Shown piece by piece: positions 1-12,235 of a DNA stretch of 64,000 bases (position 1 is the stretch's first letter; each line of letters opens with the position of its first letter). Below the pieces are notes generated by a model. It was given only the letters and a program-made list of their open reading frames with translations, was not told the origin of the DNA and searched no databases. The DNA is from Pocillopora damicornis (lineage: Eukaryota), in contig NW_020845865.1 of NCBI RefSeq assembly GCF_003704095.1, positions 124,001 through 188,000 on the forward strand, written 5' to 3'. A program made the position numbers and the translations under genes.

Positions 1-1713
1 AATCTTGTAGTACTAACATTAAGCAGTTTTCTTCGATATGATTGTTGTAATGCGTAGCTCCAAAATGACCCTTTTGAGGCAAATGCTATTTGTAATCGCT
101 CCTCTTTCTATTGTTTTTTTTTTTTAACAGGAAACTGTTCATGTGCTTCTCAGAGAATGTGAGGTTAAGGCAGACCAGAAATCACTCTCACAGTAATTAT
201 CTGCTTTGAATATCGATTGAATTTCATTCTTTTTTTGTTTGTTTTTTTGCTCGTTTCCTAAATGTGAATCTTTTTTTCCTTTTTCCAAGCCTTCCTTCCA
301 GTAGCAAAATAGGACAAGAAATTAAAAGCACGTTTATAAGTGGATTCCATCGATTAAAAGATGCACAGCGACCAAAAATGGCGGACATTTTTAAGAAGAA
401 AGACTCATGACAAGCGCGGTGTCTCCCAGTTTACTACAATAACCTTCGTCAGCGGGACTCCTGTATCCATGGACTCTTTGCTTTAAGCTTTGGAGAAATT
501 ATCAGAAGTGACATTGAAGAATGGGAAGGATTTTAGAGAATTGTTCGAGTCAAAATGGTTGAATACCAAGGCCGAAGATGCATGGTATACTTTACCAATT
601 GGTGAGGCTCAAATTTGAAAGAGATTACAACAGAATTAAACTATTAAAGTTAAAAATTAAAGTTATCGACATTTCAGATAAGTATGACATAACCAAGCGA
701 TATCCGGCTTTGCATTAGAAACGGTTATGATTAGTTCCAGCTTAGGAGGACAGTGCAGTGCACTCGTCATAGTTTCTCCAGCGCGACTGTGAATAAATCT
801 CGCGGCAATTAAAGAGCGGTTTGTTAGTTCTAAGATGCGCGTGTCTTTATAAAGACGAACAAACGTGCACTAGACTTGGTATGGGTTTTCTATTTTTTCA
901 AGTGTAGGATCTTTGAATGGTCAACGTTTGTGTAAGACTCTCAGAGGCTACGTAACGATCGTAATTATTTACCGCATTTCCCTTAATAAGAACTTGACTG
1001 AATCTGCCTCAGCAAAAGGTGGGGAACTTCTAGTGATAATCCCCTTAGTGATGTTCTACAATTTTCAAACCTTACTTTTGATACAACGAAGTCTTCATTT
1101 AAGGCTTAAAGCGTTTTTCGGCCCTTGCAGATGAAGAACCACACTACAAACTGTATGTAGTGGTTTTTTTTGCCTGGGCGCTAAAAAGGAAAAAAACAAT
1201 AGCTTCCATTTGGAGCGAGAGCTTCGCATTTGGGAAACTACTCTCCTCAGAACTGATAATTATCGTGAAAAAATATTTAGTAAATTTTCGCAGCAGTTGG
1301 AAGCTATTGTTAATTTATTGTGTCAGGTTAAGCTAAAGAACATTTGAACATTTCATGCTAGCAAGTTGCAGTTCGTGGTATTTCAAGTTGATGGAAATCT
1401 CTAAATTAATATCATAACCGTGTTTGTGATTATTGTTGTGATTACTGTTTTGATCATTACCGTCGTCATTGGAAACATAACCTTTACGATATTGTTCTTG
1501 TGCTTTAGTCTTGAGCTCTGGAGTCAGTTGTCAGCGTTACATTTATTCGTACGGTTTCAATGCAAGTCCAAACAGAACGATGAAATAATTTTGAGATTTA
1601 TCACTTAGGAAGAAAATATTAATTCTAGGCTCGATATGAACTTTACATCTTTGGACAAATTAGAGGATTGTGAACATCAAAATTTGTGACGGGGTGAGAA
1701 CTGTTCATAGCTT

Positions 1714-1745
1714 TCTAAAAGCGTTGTTATAACAACGCTTTTAGA
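1714..1745. repeat. Perfect 32-bp palindrome
   Basis: tctaaaagcgttgttataacaacgcttttaga equals its own reverse complement. Confidence 0.95.
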
Positions 1746-2122
1746 GGACTCGTATTGTACAGATTGTCCATTTGAATGGGTTTCTTGCCTGATATACCAA
1801 TAATAGTAATAATTGTTAAGGATCTTTTATAAAAAAAAATTCGGCAGAAGCACATCTGATCACATTTTAAATTTTTGTTAAATTGCCATTCTTTCTCAAT
1901 TACTTTCGTTCGTAAAAATAGTTACTAAATAAAATGACTCTGAAAGTATATTTTTTAGACCTTCGCGCAAAAATACTAAAATACTTTAGTGTAAATAGAA
2001 TTAAAAGATACCATGCAAAGACGGTAAATAAACTGAAGCCTTTTCCAGCAGGAGGTCTTTTAGTGGAGTCCTTATGTGCTACAGCATTGTCAAATGGTTG
2101 GGAAACAAATATTATCATATTA

Positions 2123-2312
2123 ATTATCACATCATAATCATCAAAAATGTAAGTTAGAGTTGAGAAGTCTGGTATAGATATAATTCGGCATCTATCAAAC
2201 GTATCTTAAAACATATGTATATATGTATAATAAGATACGTTAGATGGATGCAATTTATACCCCAGACTGCTCAACTCTAACTTACATTTCTTGATGATTA
2301 TGATGTGATAAT
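2123..2312. repeat. ~190-bp fold-back inverted repeat
   Basis: attatcacatcataatcatcaa-aaatgtaagttagagttgag...aacgtatctta pairs with taagatacgtt...ctcaactctaacttacatttcttgatgattatgatgtgataat around an AT-rich centre. Confidence 0.93.
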
Positions 2313-2684
2313 GATGATGATGATGATGCTGATTTTAGCATCTACTTCAAGAGATCCATTTGCTATAATTTATGTCATTTTAGACCTTCGTTCAAGAATA
2401 GCTAGGTCCGTTTGTCAATAGATCTCAAAGCAATTCTGAAATGTCTTGAGGGCAACCCTCAAGATAAAACCAAACAAATCTAATCCAATCCATGTTGTCC
2501 ACACAATTCAGTTTACATCAAAGCGATTGCTATTTATGTCGAATTTGCTAGTTGACCAAGGTGTACTCAAAGCTACTTTTACTAATGTCATTGAATGCTT
2601 CGTTGTTCAAAACTTCTGTTTTGACATATAAAGTTTTATTGTACATCTGTGTCTATTTTAGCTCTCCTTCATTACAAGCACGTG

Positions 2685-3833
2685 TCAAAGTTGTTCATCT
2701 TTCACTTCGTGATCTCTCCTCGAATCGGTTTTAGGTTTGCTTAAGGTAATTGGAATGTATTTGCCTTCGTCCATTTGAGACACGAAAACATTACAGGCCT
2801 CTGTTTTACCAATGCTGGTTATTGTGTTTCTTCTGTAGCGACCAACTTCAGTGCTGTTGCTATCCTTTCTTTGCAGTGTAGAAAACTTCCTAGACAGTCT
2901 TGCCAAAATCTCCAAAAAAGCTCTTCTGAAATGCCGACTTCTCCAGCAATAAATCACAGGATTAGCAAAGGACGATGTAAACGTCAAAATTTTTACGAAA
3001 GCATTTAAAATACTCTGTTTACTTCTGAATGAATCTGAAAAACATTGCGGACAGGTCTTTAACAGGAAGTAATAAAGGCATGAGGGGAACCAAGTGGCCA
3101 CAAAGACTCCAATAACAATTAAAATTGTGGTGCTTGCTTTACGTTCGTTCGTTTGTCGCGGTCTCCGGGTTTCAGTATCTCCCAGGCTCTTTCTGTCACT
3201 CAATATCTTCTTTATGTGCGACCTGGCAGTGAGATACAAATAGCTATAGCAAGTTGTTATGATTACGAATGGCAATATAACGTTGGTTACAATGACCATA
3301 ATGCTCCACCAGCGTGTAGGTTCGTAATTACACTCCTTATTAGGAGAATCTGACTCCCATGGAACAAACGGTAGCAGTGATATTACTATCGCGTCAAACC
3401 AAGTGAGTAACAAGCCCGTGATAACTCGTTCGTGTGTGACAACGGTTGCATATCTCAGCGGCCACTTTACGGCGAGCAGGCGTTCAACGCTGATGACTGA
3501 AAGGCTCAGGATAGAGGCATATCCGGTGAGAAAATACGAAAACCGGAATACGTCGCATATGATGATATCGACAGACTCTGCCATGGAAAACTTTTTGAGG
3601 ATGTAACTGGGCATGGCAAGTATTCCTACTAAGAAGTCAGCAATCGCTAAACTGAACACAGACAGATATGTGACGCTGTGAAGTGCAGGCTTAATGAGGA
3701 TCGCTGTAAATACCAAGCTGTTTCCGAGCACAGTGCCAAGCGATAAAAACGAAAGAGTTACAACCACGGGTGTAACAGGCAATCTTTCATTGATATGCAT
3801 ATGGACCCCTGTAGACATACTGCTGTTATTCAT
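2685..3833 (-). CDS. Rhodopsin-like class A GPCR (orphan, aminergic-like scaffold), intronless CDS, 382 aa
   Basis: Seven hydrophobic segments with class A motifs: GN (TM1), LAIAD (TM2), C3.25 and ERL (TM3), W4.50, LPF (TM5), TWFP (TM6), NPVIY (TM7), helix-8 FRRAF. Minus-strand AATAAA at 2635-2640. Confidence 0.95.
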   Translation of the reverse strand: MNNSSMSTGVHMHINERLPVTPVVVTLSFLSLGTVLGNSLVFTAILIKPALHSVTYLSVFSLAIADFLVGILAMPSYILKKFSMAESVDIIICDVFRFSYFLTGYASILSLSVISVERLLAVKWPLRYATVVTHERVITGLLLTWFDAIVISLLPFVPWESDSPNKECNYEPTRWWSIMVIVTNVILPFVIITTCYSYLYLTARSHIKKILSDRKSLGDTETRRPRQTNERKASTTILIVIGVFVATWFPSCLYYFLLKTCPQCFSDSFRSKQSILNAFVKILTFTSSFANPVIYCWRSRHFRRAFLEILARLSRKFSTLQRKDSNSTEVGRYRRNTITSIGKTEACNVFVSQMDEGKYIPITLSKPKTDSRRDHEVKDEQL

Positions 3834-4594
3834 CTTGAGGTTATCTGCTGTGGTAGTAGATATATATCATTATATGAGATGATGTTTTCATCCATTTTAA
3901 CAGCTGTTTCGAAAGACTCTTTGATGTTTCAATTTTAAATGTAAATTCCTATTATATCTACCCTGAAGGCAATTATCTTTCAAATGGAACCCTTGAAAAA
4001 TGTTGACGAATATTTTACGCGCAAAATCTGAACTAAAATCCTCTAAGGAAATATAAAATCACAATTTGTTCATGCTACCAATATTTTCATGCTGTCAGCT
4101 TATGGATTGTGAAAAAAAATTCACGCGTTTACATAGTCAACCGATTCATGTAAATCTACTGCAAATGGTTGTTAGGGTCAAGCATGAAAGGCAACATGAA
4201 AATGAAAATGTGGTACAAATATTAAGTCCTATGGTTAAATGAGCTCAACAGACATCGATCATATTTCCTTTATATCACTATTTCGCTTTGGACTTAAAAA
4301 AAAAACACCCTGTGATATTCCAGTATCTCGCGAAAGGGAAATATAAATAAAATTCAAGCAGGTTTCTTCTCTAGTGTTAAGAAATAATCCAATAGCACCT
4401 GTAGATCTCCTTCTAGCTCTAAAAATTATATCTTGCCGATAAATTTCTTTCCTAAATACATTTCTACCTCTATGCTGGTCTTTTTGAGTATCGCCGTTCC
4501 GTTTCAACATCGATCCTAACAGTTGAGTGGTTTTTGAAAACAGAACATGTTTTAGGAAATAAAAATTTTCCATGAACAATTTTAAATCTAGATA

Positions 4595-4790
4595 GAGAGT
4601 CTTAAAGCTAGGTGATGCCTTTACGGTTAAAATTTTGGTCATTTTATGGCTTACAGTTAATTTCTTTCCGTTGCGGTTAAAAGTTATAAAAATTACGGTT
4701 AAGGTTTCTTACGACGAACGATTAACCTTAGTCATGTTGTACGTCCAACTCAGTGTTAAATTTTTAACTGTTAACCCCATTGAGAACCTC
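4595..4790 (-). mobile_element. MITE with short TIRs and internal ttaaccgt repeats; same family as 35170-35390
   Basis: Ends gagagtcttaa ... ttaaccccattgagaacctc, the reverse of the start gagggtctcgatggggttaac of the second copy. Confidence 0.65.
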
Positions 4791-5739
4791 TAGACACAGA
4801 AATAAACTCAAATGGAGAATTTGAAATTCGCAAAAACATATTGCACTTACCGCCCTGTAGTAGTGTCGTGCAAATAAAAATTCTTTAAAAATAATTACTA
4901 GGAGAATTTTCACGTTATCTACGCTGTATCAAGTGCATTTATGCATACCAGTTTGGCCTCCCTTGAAGATCTTTAAAGGGGGGTGTTTCACAATCTTGAC
5001 AATAACTAGCCTTTCTTACCTGCGAAAGCAACACAGGAGTTTCATTTTCCGAAAATATCTTTGCTGAGAGATTAATTGACACTTGTTTCATTAAAAAATC
5101 GATTAAGAAAATCGCGTTAAGAATTTGTCACGGGATTAACTAGTTTAGAGCAAAAGAGGGAATAACACTTGAACAGAAAATTTAAAGTGGACAAATAAGC
5201 CGTGATAATGAAAAGAAGCCTTCATTTTCCTTTTGTTAGCTTGTTCACGATACAAATTTGAGGTTATCGACATATGTTTTAATTTTACTTCGTGAAAGAC
5301 TTTTCTCTCAATAAGAGTGGTGCAGAAAATTCTCGTGTTCAAACGCAGAAAGGCGCTTTTGAGTTAAATATTGCATCTCCGTTCAAAGCAGTGATTTGGA
5401 AAATGTTCATGTGCCAGGTTGACTGAGGAAAGAATATTTTATGACGGTGGAATGTATGGAAAAACCATACAATGACTGAAGGAAAACGTCATAACTAGTT
5501 TAAGAAAGAACCATTTCTCACTCCCGATTTTCTTTTTCGTATTGCTGTGCACTTTCAAATTCTATTAATTCTAAAATTGACACCATAAATGATTGGTTCT
5601 TGTTGCGTTTAAATTGCTGCCAAGACACGATTTTTAATTTTCCTGAATCACTCCAGTTATGGTTTCTAAAATTCCGTTCCTCTTTGCGATCAAATGGCGG
5701 ATGATTTTTTTATGGCTACTGCCTCCTATGGAGGCGAGA

Positions 5740-6052
5740 CCATAACGTTGTCTTATTGAGGGAGTGAGGGTAACAGTAGAAGACGAACGACCTCTTCGTT
5801 CACAACGAAGTCTGTCTCGTAGTGACAAACAATAAGTAGCACCGAAAAACAGAATGATCACCTAGTATTCCGTAAAACATTCGAAGCAATTCGAAGAAAT
5901 CGTCACTAAGCGTTGAACGACCGAAGATGTTCCCAAATAAGCCAAAGGCAAAAGCGAGGAATAACGGGTAAGACTCGGCAGACTTCGTTGTGGACGAAGA
6001 GGTCGTTCGTATTCTATTGTACCCTCAGTCACGCATTAGGACAACGTTATGG
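5740..6052. repeat. Inverted repeat with ~75-bp arms (5740-5814 / 5979-6052) and a 164-bp spacer
   Basis: ccataacgttgtc...acgaacgacctcttcgttcacaacgaagtctg versus cagacttcgttgtggacgaagaggtcgttcgt...gacaacgttatgg. Confidence 0.88.
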
Positions 6053-6069
6053 CTTTGCGGCAGAAGACG

Positions 6070-6449
6070 ACAAACATCTCACAATCATTTCAGAATGGCG
6101 CGTGAGAAAAGAAAGCTTTTCCTTGCAGAAATGTCTTAAAAGTGGTGATCAGCGCATCATGAAAATATAGAGGAAAAACTTTTCCTTGAAAGAGAGAGCA
6201 TTTTGGCGTTTGAATCAGCGAATTATTTCCAGTAGATCCAAAGATACAATTTTTTCAGTTCTAACCGTGACACCACAATAGATGATAAACATCTCAAAAT
6301 AATTTCATAATGGCGTCTCATGCAAGTAATTGAAAAAAAGACTTCTCCTTTGCAGAAATGTCTAAATAGGTTTGATCTGCATATCGAGGAAACTTTAAAG
6401 ACAAATTTCATTGATTCGAAAAGAGATCATTTTACCATTTCAATCGGCG
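6070..6449 (+). repeat. Diverged direct repeat, period ~214 bp
   Basis: aaacatctca.aat.atttca.aatggcg...ttgcagaaatgtct...catttt...aatc.gcga occurs twice. Confidence 0.75.
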
Positions 6450-9400
6450 AGAAATGCTCAAAAGACCTGCTATATCTGCGAAGGGAGCAATGCGTTGAGT
6501 TTAACAGGGTGACGCCATTCGATGGAATGATTGAATAGCGGAATGGTGGAATGGCGAAATATTCACAACGAGGAATGCTTTGTTACATGAAAAAATTCTA
6601 GCTTTATGATTTCAAAAAGATATTTGGGTTTTGGTTCAGAAATTAGTAATGGCCAACTGATATGCCCTTGAGCAGCTGTCGACAGTTGTTTGGACAGAAG
6701 TGTTTCTTTGAAGCGTTCGTAGTTGACTTCACACTGTGTATTTTTTTTTTCGTATAATTAACACTTGAGTATTCTAAAGTCAGACCTGGAAATTACCGCG
6801 ATTCGGAATTTGTCATTTGTACATATTGCCACTAATAGATATCTCCATTTTTATATATTTTGTAAAATTTACATTTATTTTTGAAAACAGTCTTACAGAT
6901 GGACGGATAAGATTACATTCTGGTCACTTTAGGGCAATCACATCGTTCTTAAGCTCGTATTTTCATCTAGGAAAAGCATAATAGATCAGAAGACACTTTA
7001 GACAATATGCCTCCAAACAACAACAAATTGCTTCTTTTAGCATCGTACTTGACTTTTTCGGAGTGAGGATATATTTTGTAGCTTCTTCTCCTCAGGGCAA
7101 ATAATACTAAAAATACGTTTATGCATGCAACTCGGAAAATATGAAAGACAAAAGAAGTGAATAAATGAATTAACCACTGCTTTATTCTGCGTTTCATTTG
7201 TTTGGGCCAGCGTGAATTCACACTTGAATTTTGCGATTCGTGAAGGTGATTCCATGACGTTCTTGATGTGAATCGTAATATTTTGTGGAGAAGGTTTTTT
7301 TTTTTTTTCATAAGAACTAATCAGATTGTTGTTTTATATATTGATTCAAGTTTTCTATTATTGCATATCTTTCCAGGTACAGATTAAATTCTTAGTAGGT
7401 TTGTAACTCATTGAATTGTAATGGAAATTTTTCCTTTTCCCCAAAAGAAAGGTATTCAGCGACAGTGCAACGCAAAGATTCTTGATAGAAAATTTGAAAT
7501 GTTCCTCATTACATACCTGCTGAACGAAAAAGATAGGTTTGGCTCTAAGATTAAGGTAGAATGCAAATTTTGTTCCACTTAGAAATCCATAAACTAAGTG
7601 CAACTTTGCACTTTCCAAATGGTTTTAATTTCAAAGTGCAAAAGTCGCATTACCCAAAAAGGAAAAATTACTTACGAGAATCCGGAATACGGCACTTTTA
7701 GTTCTATGTGCAATACATCAAATGGCGCACAAAGATAGCCCGCTTTTTGTTAATTCACATGGGCATATAATTTTACTTGTGAATTTTTATTTTGTAAGGT
7801 TTAGAACAAATTAAAAACATCAACCTTTCTTATGGCGATGAAGCACTGCATAGAAATCAACGTCAATGAAAATTGTGTTTGCAAAGCTTTACTTGTTTTT
7901 GATTGAAAAGAAAAGTTATCAAACGAACCGAGGAGAAACTTCTCCGTCTGCCTTACTTGAGGAAGTGAATTTCAAATAACTTTTAATATCGTAAATAGCT
8001 ATCATAAGCCTGGTTCGGTAAGATTAAAGACAGCTTTCTGAAAGCCATTCAAATTACGCTCGTCATCCTGTACTAAATGTTAGTAGTGTAACTAATGTAG
8101 TTGATTCTTTTGAATATTAGTGACATCAATTTAAAATAAAATCATGAGCGGGAGAAGTATAAATAAATATTTTTTCAGTTTCCCTAAGTTGACGTCGGTG
8201 AAATGACAGTTAAAACAAACGAGAAAAAAAAAAAAAGGAAATCAGAAAGTCGTAACAAAGCAAAACATAGAAGGCGGTCATTAAAAAATTTGTATTTCTG
8301 TCGAGTCGATGAAAAGCGCTAATAATAATTGAGAAAATGTAATAACGATATAATTTTTCGTGGAATAATGAAAAGGGACTCTGCGCCAGTTGAAAAAATA
8401 ATGATGAGAAGAGATAAAGCCTAAAAAAAGGACGTAAAATTAAAACTGCTAATGATCTATGTCTGTGTTTTGTTGATTTAAACTCTACCAAGTGTTTCTT
8501 TCTCAGGTCATCGATAAATGTATTGAAATGAATAAATGAAAATGAGAATCAACTACGTCGGGATTGTTTTCTACCATTTTGGAAAAAAAGCAAGTTGATT
8601 AAAATTTCTCCTCAAGAAAATAATCAAATCTCTTCTTATTTCTGTCCCTGTTTTAGTAGAGAACAAGAGCATGTAAAAGGTTTTGTTATACTTGACTTGG
8701 TCCATGAAGTCTCACTGATGTAAAAATAGTAATTTCATCACTGCTATGGGCGAAAATAAATTACATAAAAAGCTTGGATAAAAAACACCGAATTTCTGTC
8801 TTCGATCAAACAATTTGGTCTTATTTATGCAACAAGAAGGCACAGTTAAGAGAAAAGCGTGCGTAATGATGGTTTGTTTTTGCTGTTATCATTAACGAAG
8901 TTTTATCCTTTGTATACTTTCACAGCGTGGTCGTTTACATTTCGTACGACTTAAAGATCATGAGGATAGGCAAATGGAACGAAGCTGCAGACACATTTCT
9001 CACAAACATGAAAAGTTACTCTTGTTTAGTTATCACTTACCTTAAATAAGCAATGCATAAAAGTTTAATCTTAGAGCTTCGTCCTCGATTCGATCGACCG
9101 CTCGTGGAAGGAGTGAGATATGTGTTTTAAAGCCGCTATTAGCCGAAAAGATGGTAATGGAAATTAGTGATATTTTCCTTATAGTTGATTAAAAATGGAA
9201 TATGCCGTCATTGCACTTTTAGAAACGTGTGAACGGTGGATGTGATTACAACTCACAAGCCATTCAGTGCCTTTAGAGAAATACTCTGGGATCGACCATA
9301 AAACCTGCTGTTCTAATTAACAACGAGATCAGAGGATTGCATTGGCTTTTGTAAATGCGATCATCCACTCGCTTATCCTGATTATTTTTCCTTTTACACC

Positions 9401-10631
9401 TAATGACAGATCTTGCCCCGGAGATGTGTGTCAAGAAGAGATGACAGCTGTATTTAAGCAGGCAAATACTGACGCCTGTGCAAATTTAACATTTGAACAA
9501 AGTAGGACAACCTTTCCTGCTCAAAGGTGTAATTTTAAATTTCTTCCAAATCTACGTTTATAATACAAGACACGAATGTTTCCTCCTTTATCAAAATTTC
9601 AAAAGTACGGATTTGTTTTGTTTGTCAGTTGTTAATTCATGCACTGCACTCTGTTTAATGAACCTCTTTGTGACTGGCCGCCCGAATTTGCTTAATTGCT
9701 TTATATAAAAGCGCAGCTGCCATTTTCAAATCGTAACTGCACCTCGATCCCGAACGGTCATATAGGTTATGTAGATTAACGTGCTATCATCGAAGTGCTT
9801 GCTGCATTACGACTATAGGGAGCGAAAATATTGTGTTCTCGTGTATCACATTTATTGATCCTCATTTTCTCTGATTAATTATTGAGATGAAATACAGCGT
9901 AATTCCCCTTTCTCACCCGGTCAAACACGAAAATAGCTGGCTATGTCGGAGGAAAGTTAGAGCAGCTATGGAGGACAAAGTGGTTACGCGCTTCCAATGA
10001 AAATTATTCAAGGTTATTGAAAGGTGATTGACAAGGAATATTTATCTACACGGGTACGGGTCTTTTTTCCGCTGAGAAGTCTCTAATCTGCAGCCTCCTT
10101 ATTAGGGGCAGACAGATCCTCATTCTCTCTATGACATCATAATTAGCAAAGGCTCTCACAGGTCCCAAATTCTTCGTCCTCGGCATGCAGTTTAAGTCCC
10201 CAAGTCACAAAGGTCCTTGTTCTATCTTTGAGGTCGGAATTTGAGGCGGAACGGTACAAATTTCGAGGTTTCCGTCATTTTGATATTCAATTCGTAAAGT
10301 ACAATACAAAACTCAAACTAATGAACAACAGCTGATGATCATTTCTTTTATTACAGCTCTAGGGCAACAATTATAAGCATATAGATCACTCTTTCTTGTT
10401 CATTTCAACTCTCCACTCACGTCATTTGTGTCCTGAAAAGAGGAGAGGTAAATTTTATGAGCATGTCTCAGATAACAATGAAATTCTGTGATGTTAGAAA
10501 TCCTAAAGGTTCTGCACAGACAGAGTAACAAGACTAGCTTTCTTAATAGCATCAGGTTTCTCTTATCGCTTGGTTTTTGGGTGATGGACACACATATAGA
10601 CAAAGATGAGAAAGAAAGAAATACTTTTTAT

Positions 10632-10901
10632 TAGAGCAGCTTTCACTGAGTACAGAAAGTGATTGAAGGTTGCTTTGGTGTTGTTTAACTTAGCTCTATG
10701 ATTGGTCCAGAAAACTCCCGCCACTTTCTCCCTGAACCAATCAGATCCAAAATTAAAACTGTTTGCAACTTGGTCACGCACGTTTTCTCGCGCTTCATGC
10801 TCTTTGCCTGTTTGTTCTTAAGTGATTTTTTTTCTTTGTTTTGATTGGTCGTTGTGATTACTCAGATATTGCTGTTTCGACAGTAAATTGAAAAGGACTT
10901 T
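10632..10901. mobile_element. Degenerate MITE-like interspersed repeat containing several CCAAT boxes
   Basis: Weak terminal inverted similarity (tagagcagctttca.../...tgaaaaggactttg) and repeated tgattgg/ccaatca. Family resemblance is from memory. Confidence 0.4.
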
Positions 10902-11173
10902 GACCACTTAGTTCGGTCGTATTGAGATAATCGGGAGCTGACACCATTCCGTTTTGAATGAGCGACATCTTTTTCATTACCCCACGAATAATCTTTTTCA
11001 TTAAATTTTCAACGCAGAATATTGAAATTCTAGTGTTCTGACTGATTCACTCAACTTCGGTCATCTGCTCATATTCCGAGTCACTTTATTTGGATACGCA
11101 TTAAGCCAGCTGTTGCGGAGCTGGAAAAAGGCTCCAAATATCCAAACGCTTAGGATTAAATGAAATTTAATGA

Positions 11174-11290
11174 AACAATTATTTAACTCACGCTCGTTGG
11201 ATACGAGATTGATCATCGCCAACTTCGCGTTACACGCCTTGTTGGTTATTTACCATGTCATATCCAACCCTCGCTCGTGGAATAATTGTT
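11174..11290. repeat. Imperfect hairpin element
   Basis: aacaattatt...gttggata...ccaac / gttgg...tatccaac...aataattgtt around a GC-rich loop. Confidence 0.75.
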
Positions 11291-12107
11291 AAAAGTCTGC
11301 TCTAACTCGCATAATTCAAAATGGGTCTGTGAGCATCAAGGGAGCCAATCAGAGCGGGCGTTATATGGGCCACAAGCCCAGACCACGTAATAAAAGATCA
11401 AATTCTCTCGGGGATTTAGGCTGTTTAGCCACATCAAAGAATAACTTAAAAAAACAGCAAAAGTATATCAATGAAGATGATAAAATAGGTATTAACTCCA
11501 TCGTGCACCCTATAGAATACCACGAAACCAAGCATAACAATGGGGTTATTATTTACTCGAGTTCTAACCCACAACCGCGGTTTTACGCGGTTTTTACGTA
11601 TAGTACCTAACTGATATTTACGCGGTTTTACCCTCCTTAAAAGGGTTGATATAATTTTAAAATGGTCAATCCACTATTAGTTTTCGGCCCTGTTGAAACT
11701 GCTCTCAATTGTTCAAGTAAAAGGTTTGGCTATATTTAAGGTGGCTCAGAACGAGGTTTTGTTAGTCATCAGCTAAACTTTGTTCAAATAAGCAACCCTA
11801 TTGTTTCTGAGAAAAGAGTTATCCTTAGGCGTACCTATTCTCCTAGCAGAGTCCACAAAAGGCGGAGCACTTTCCTTTGAAGTCATCGAAGTTGCTGAAA
11901 GTGGAAAAAAGTTGTCCATTTGTGCAGTATTGTTTACCAAATGTGCTGCAATAGGTGGGGTTTTCATCTGTGCACCCTGCTGGTTCACGTAGAATACCTG
12001 CAATCTCCTCTATAATGAAACAAAAAGTGATGTTTCAATAACATATAGGGCGATGATTTTTAATCATAAAAGTTCATATTCATTTCTTCTTTTTCTTTTT
12101 CTTTTTG

Positions 12108-12235
12108 AAAATTACCCAAATCGTTGTAGGGTGATGAATTGTTTTAAAAATTCATCATTCTACAAAGATTTTGGGTAATTTTAAAAATTCATCACCCTTC
12201 ATAAAGTTACAGTACTTTAAAGTACTGTAACTTTA
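12108..12235. repeat. Palindrome cluster: ~75-bp imperfect hairpin plus a perfect 34-bp palindrome (12202-12235)
   Basis: aaaattacccaaa...tgatgaatt / aattcatca...tttgggtaatttt; taaagttacagtactttaaagtactgtaacttta. Confidence 0.92.
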
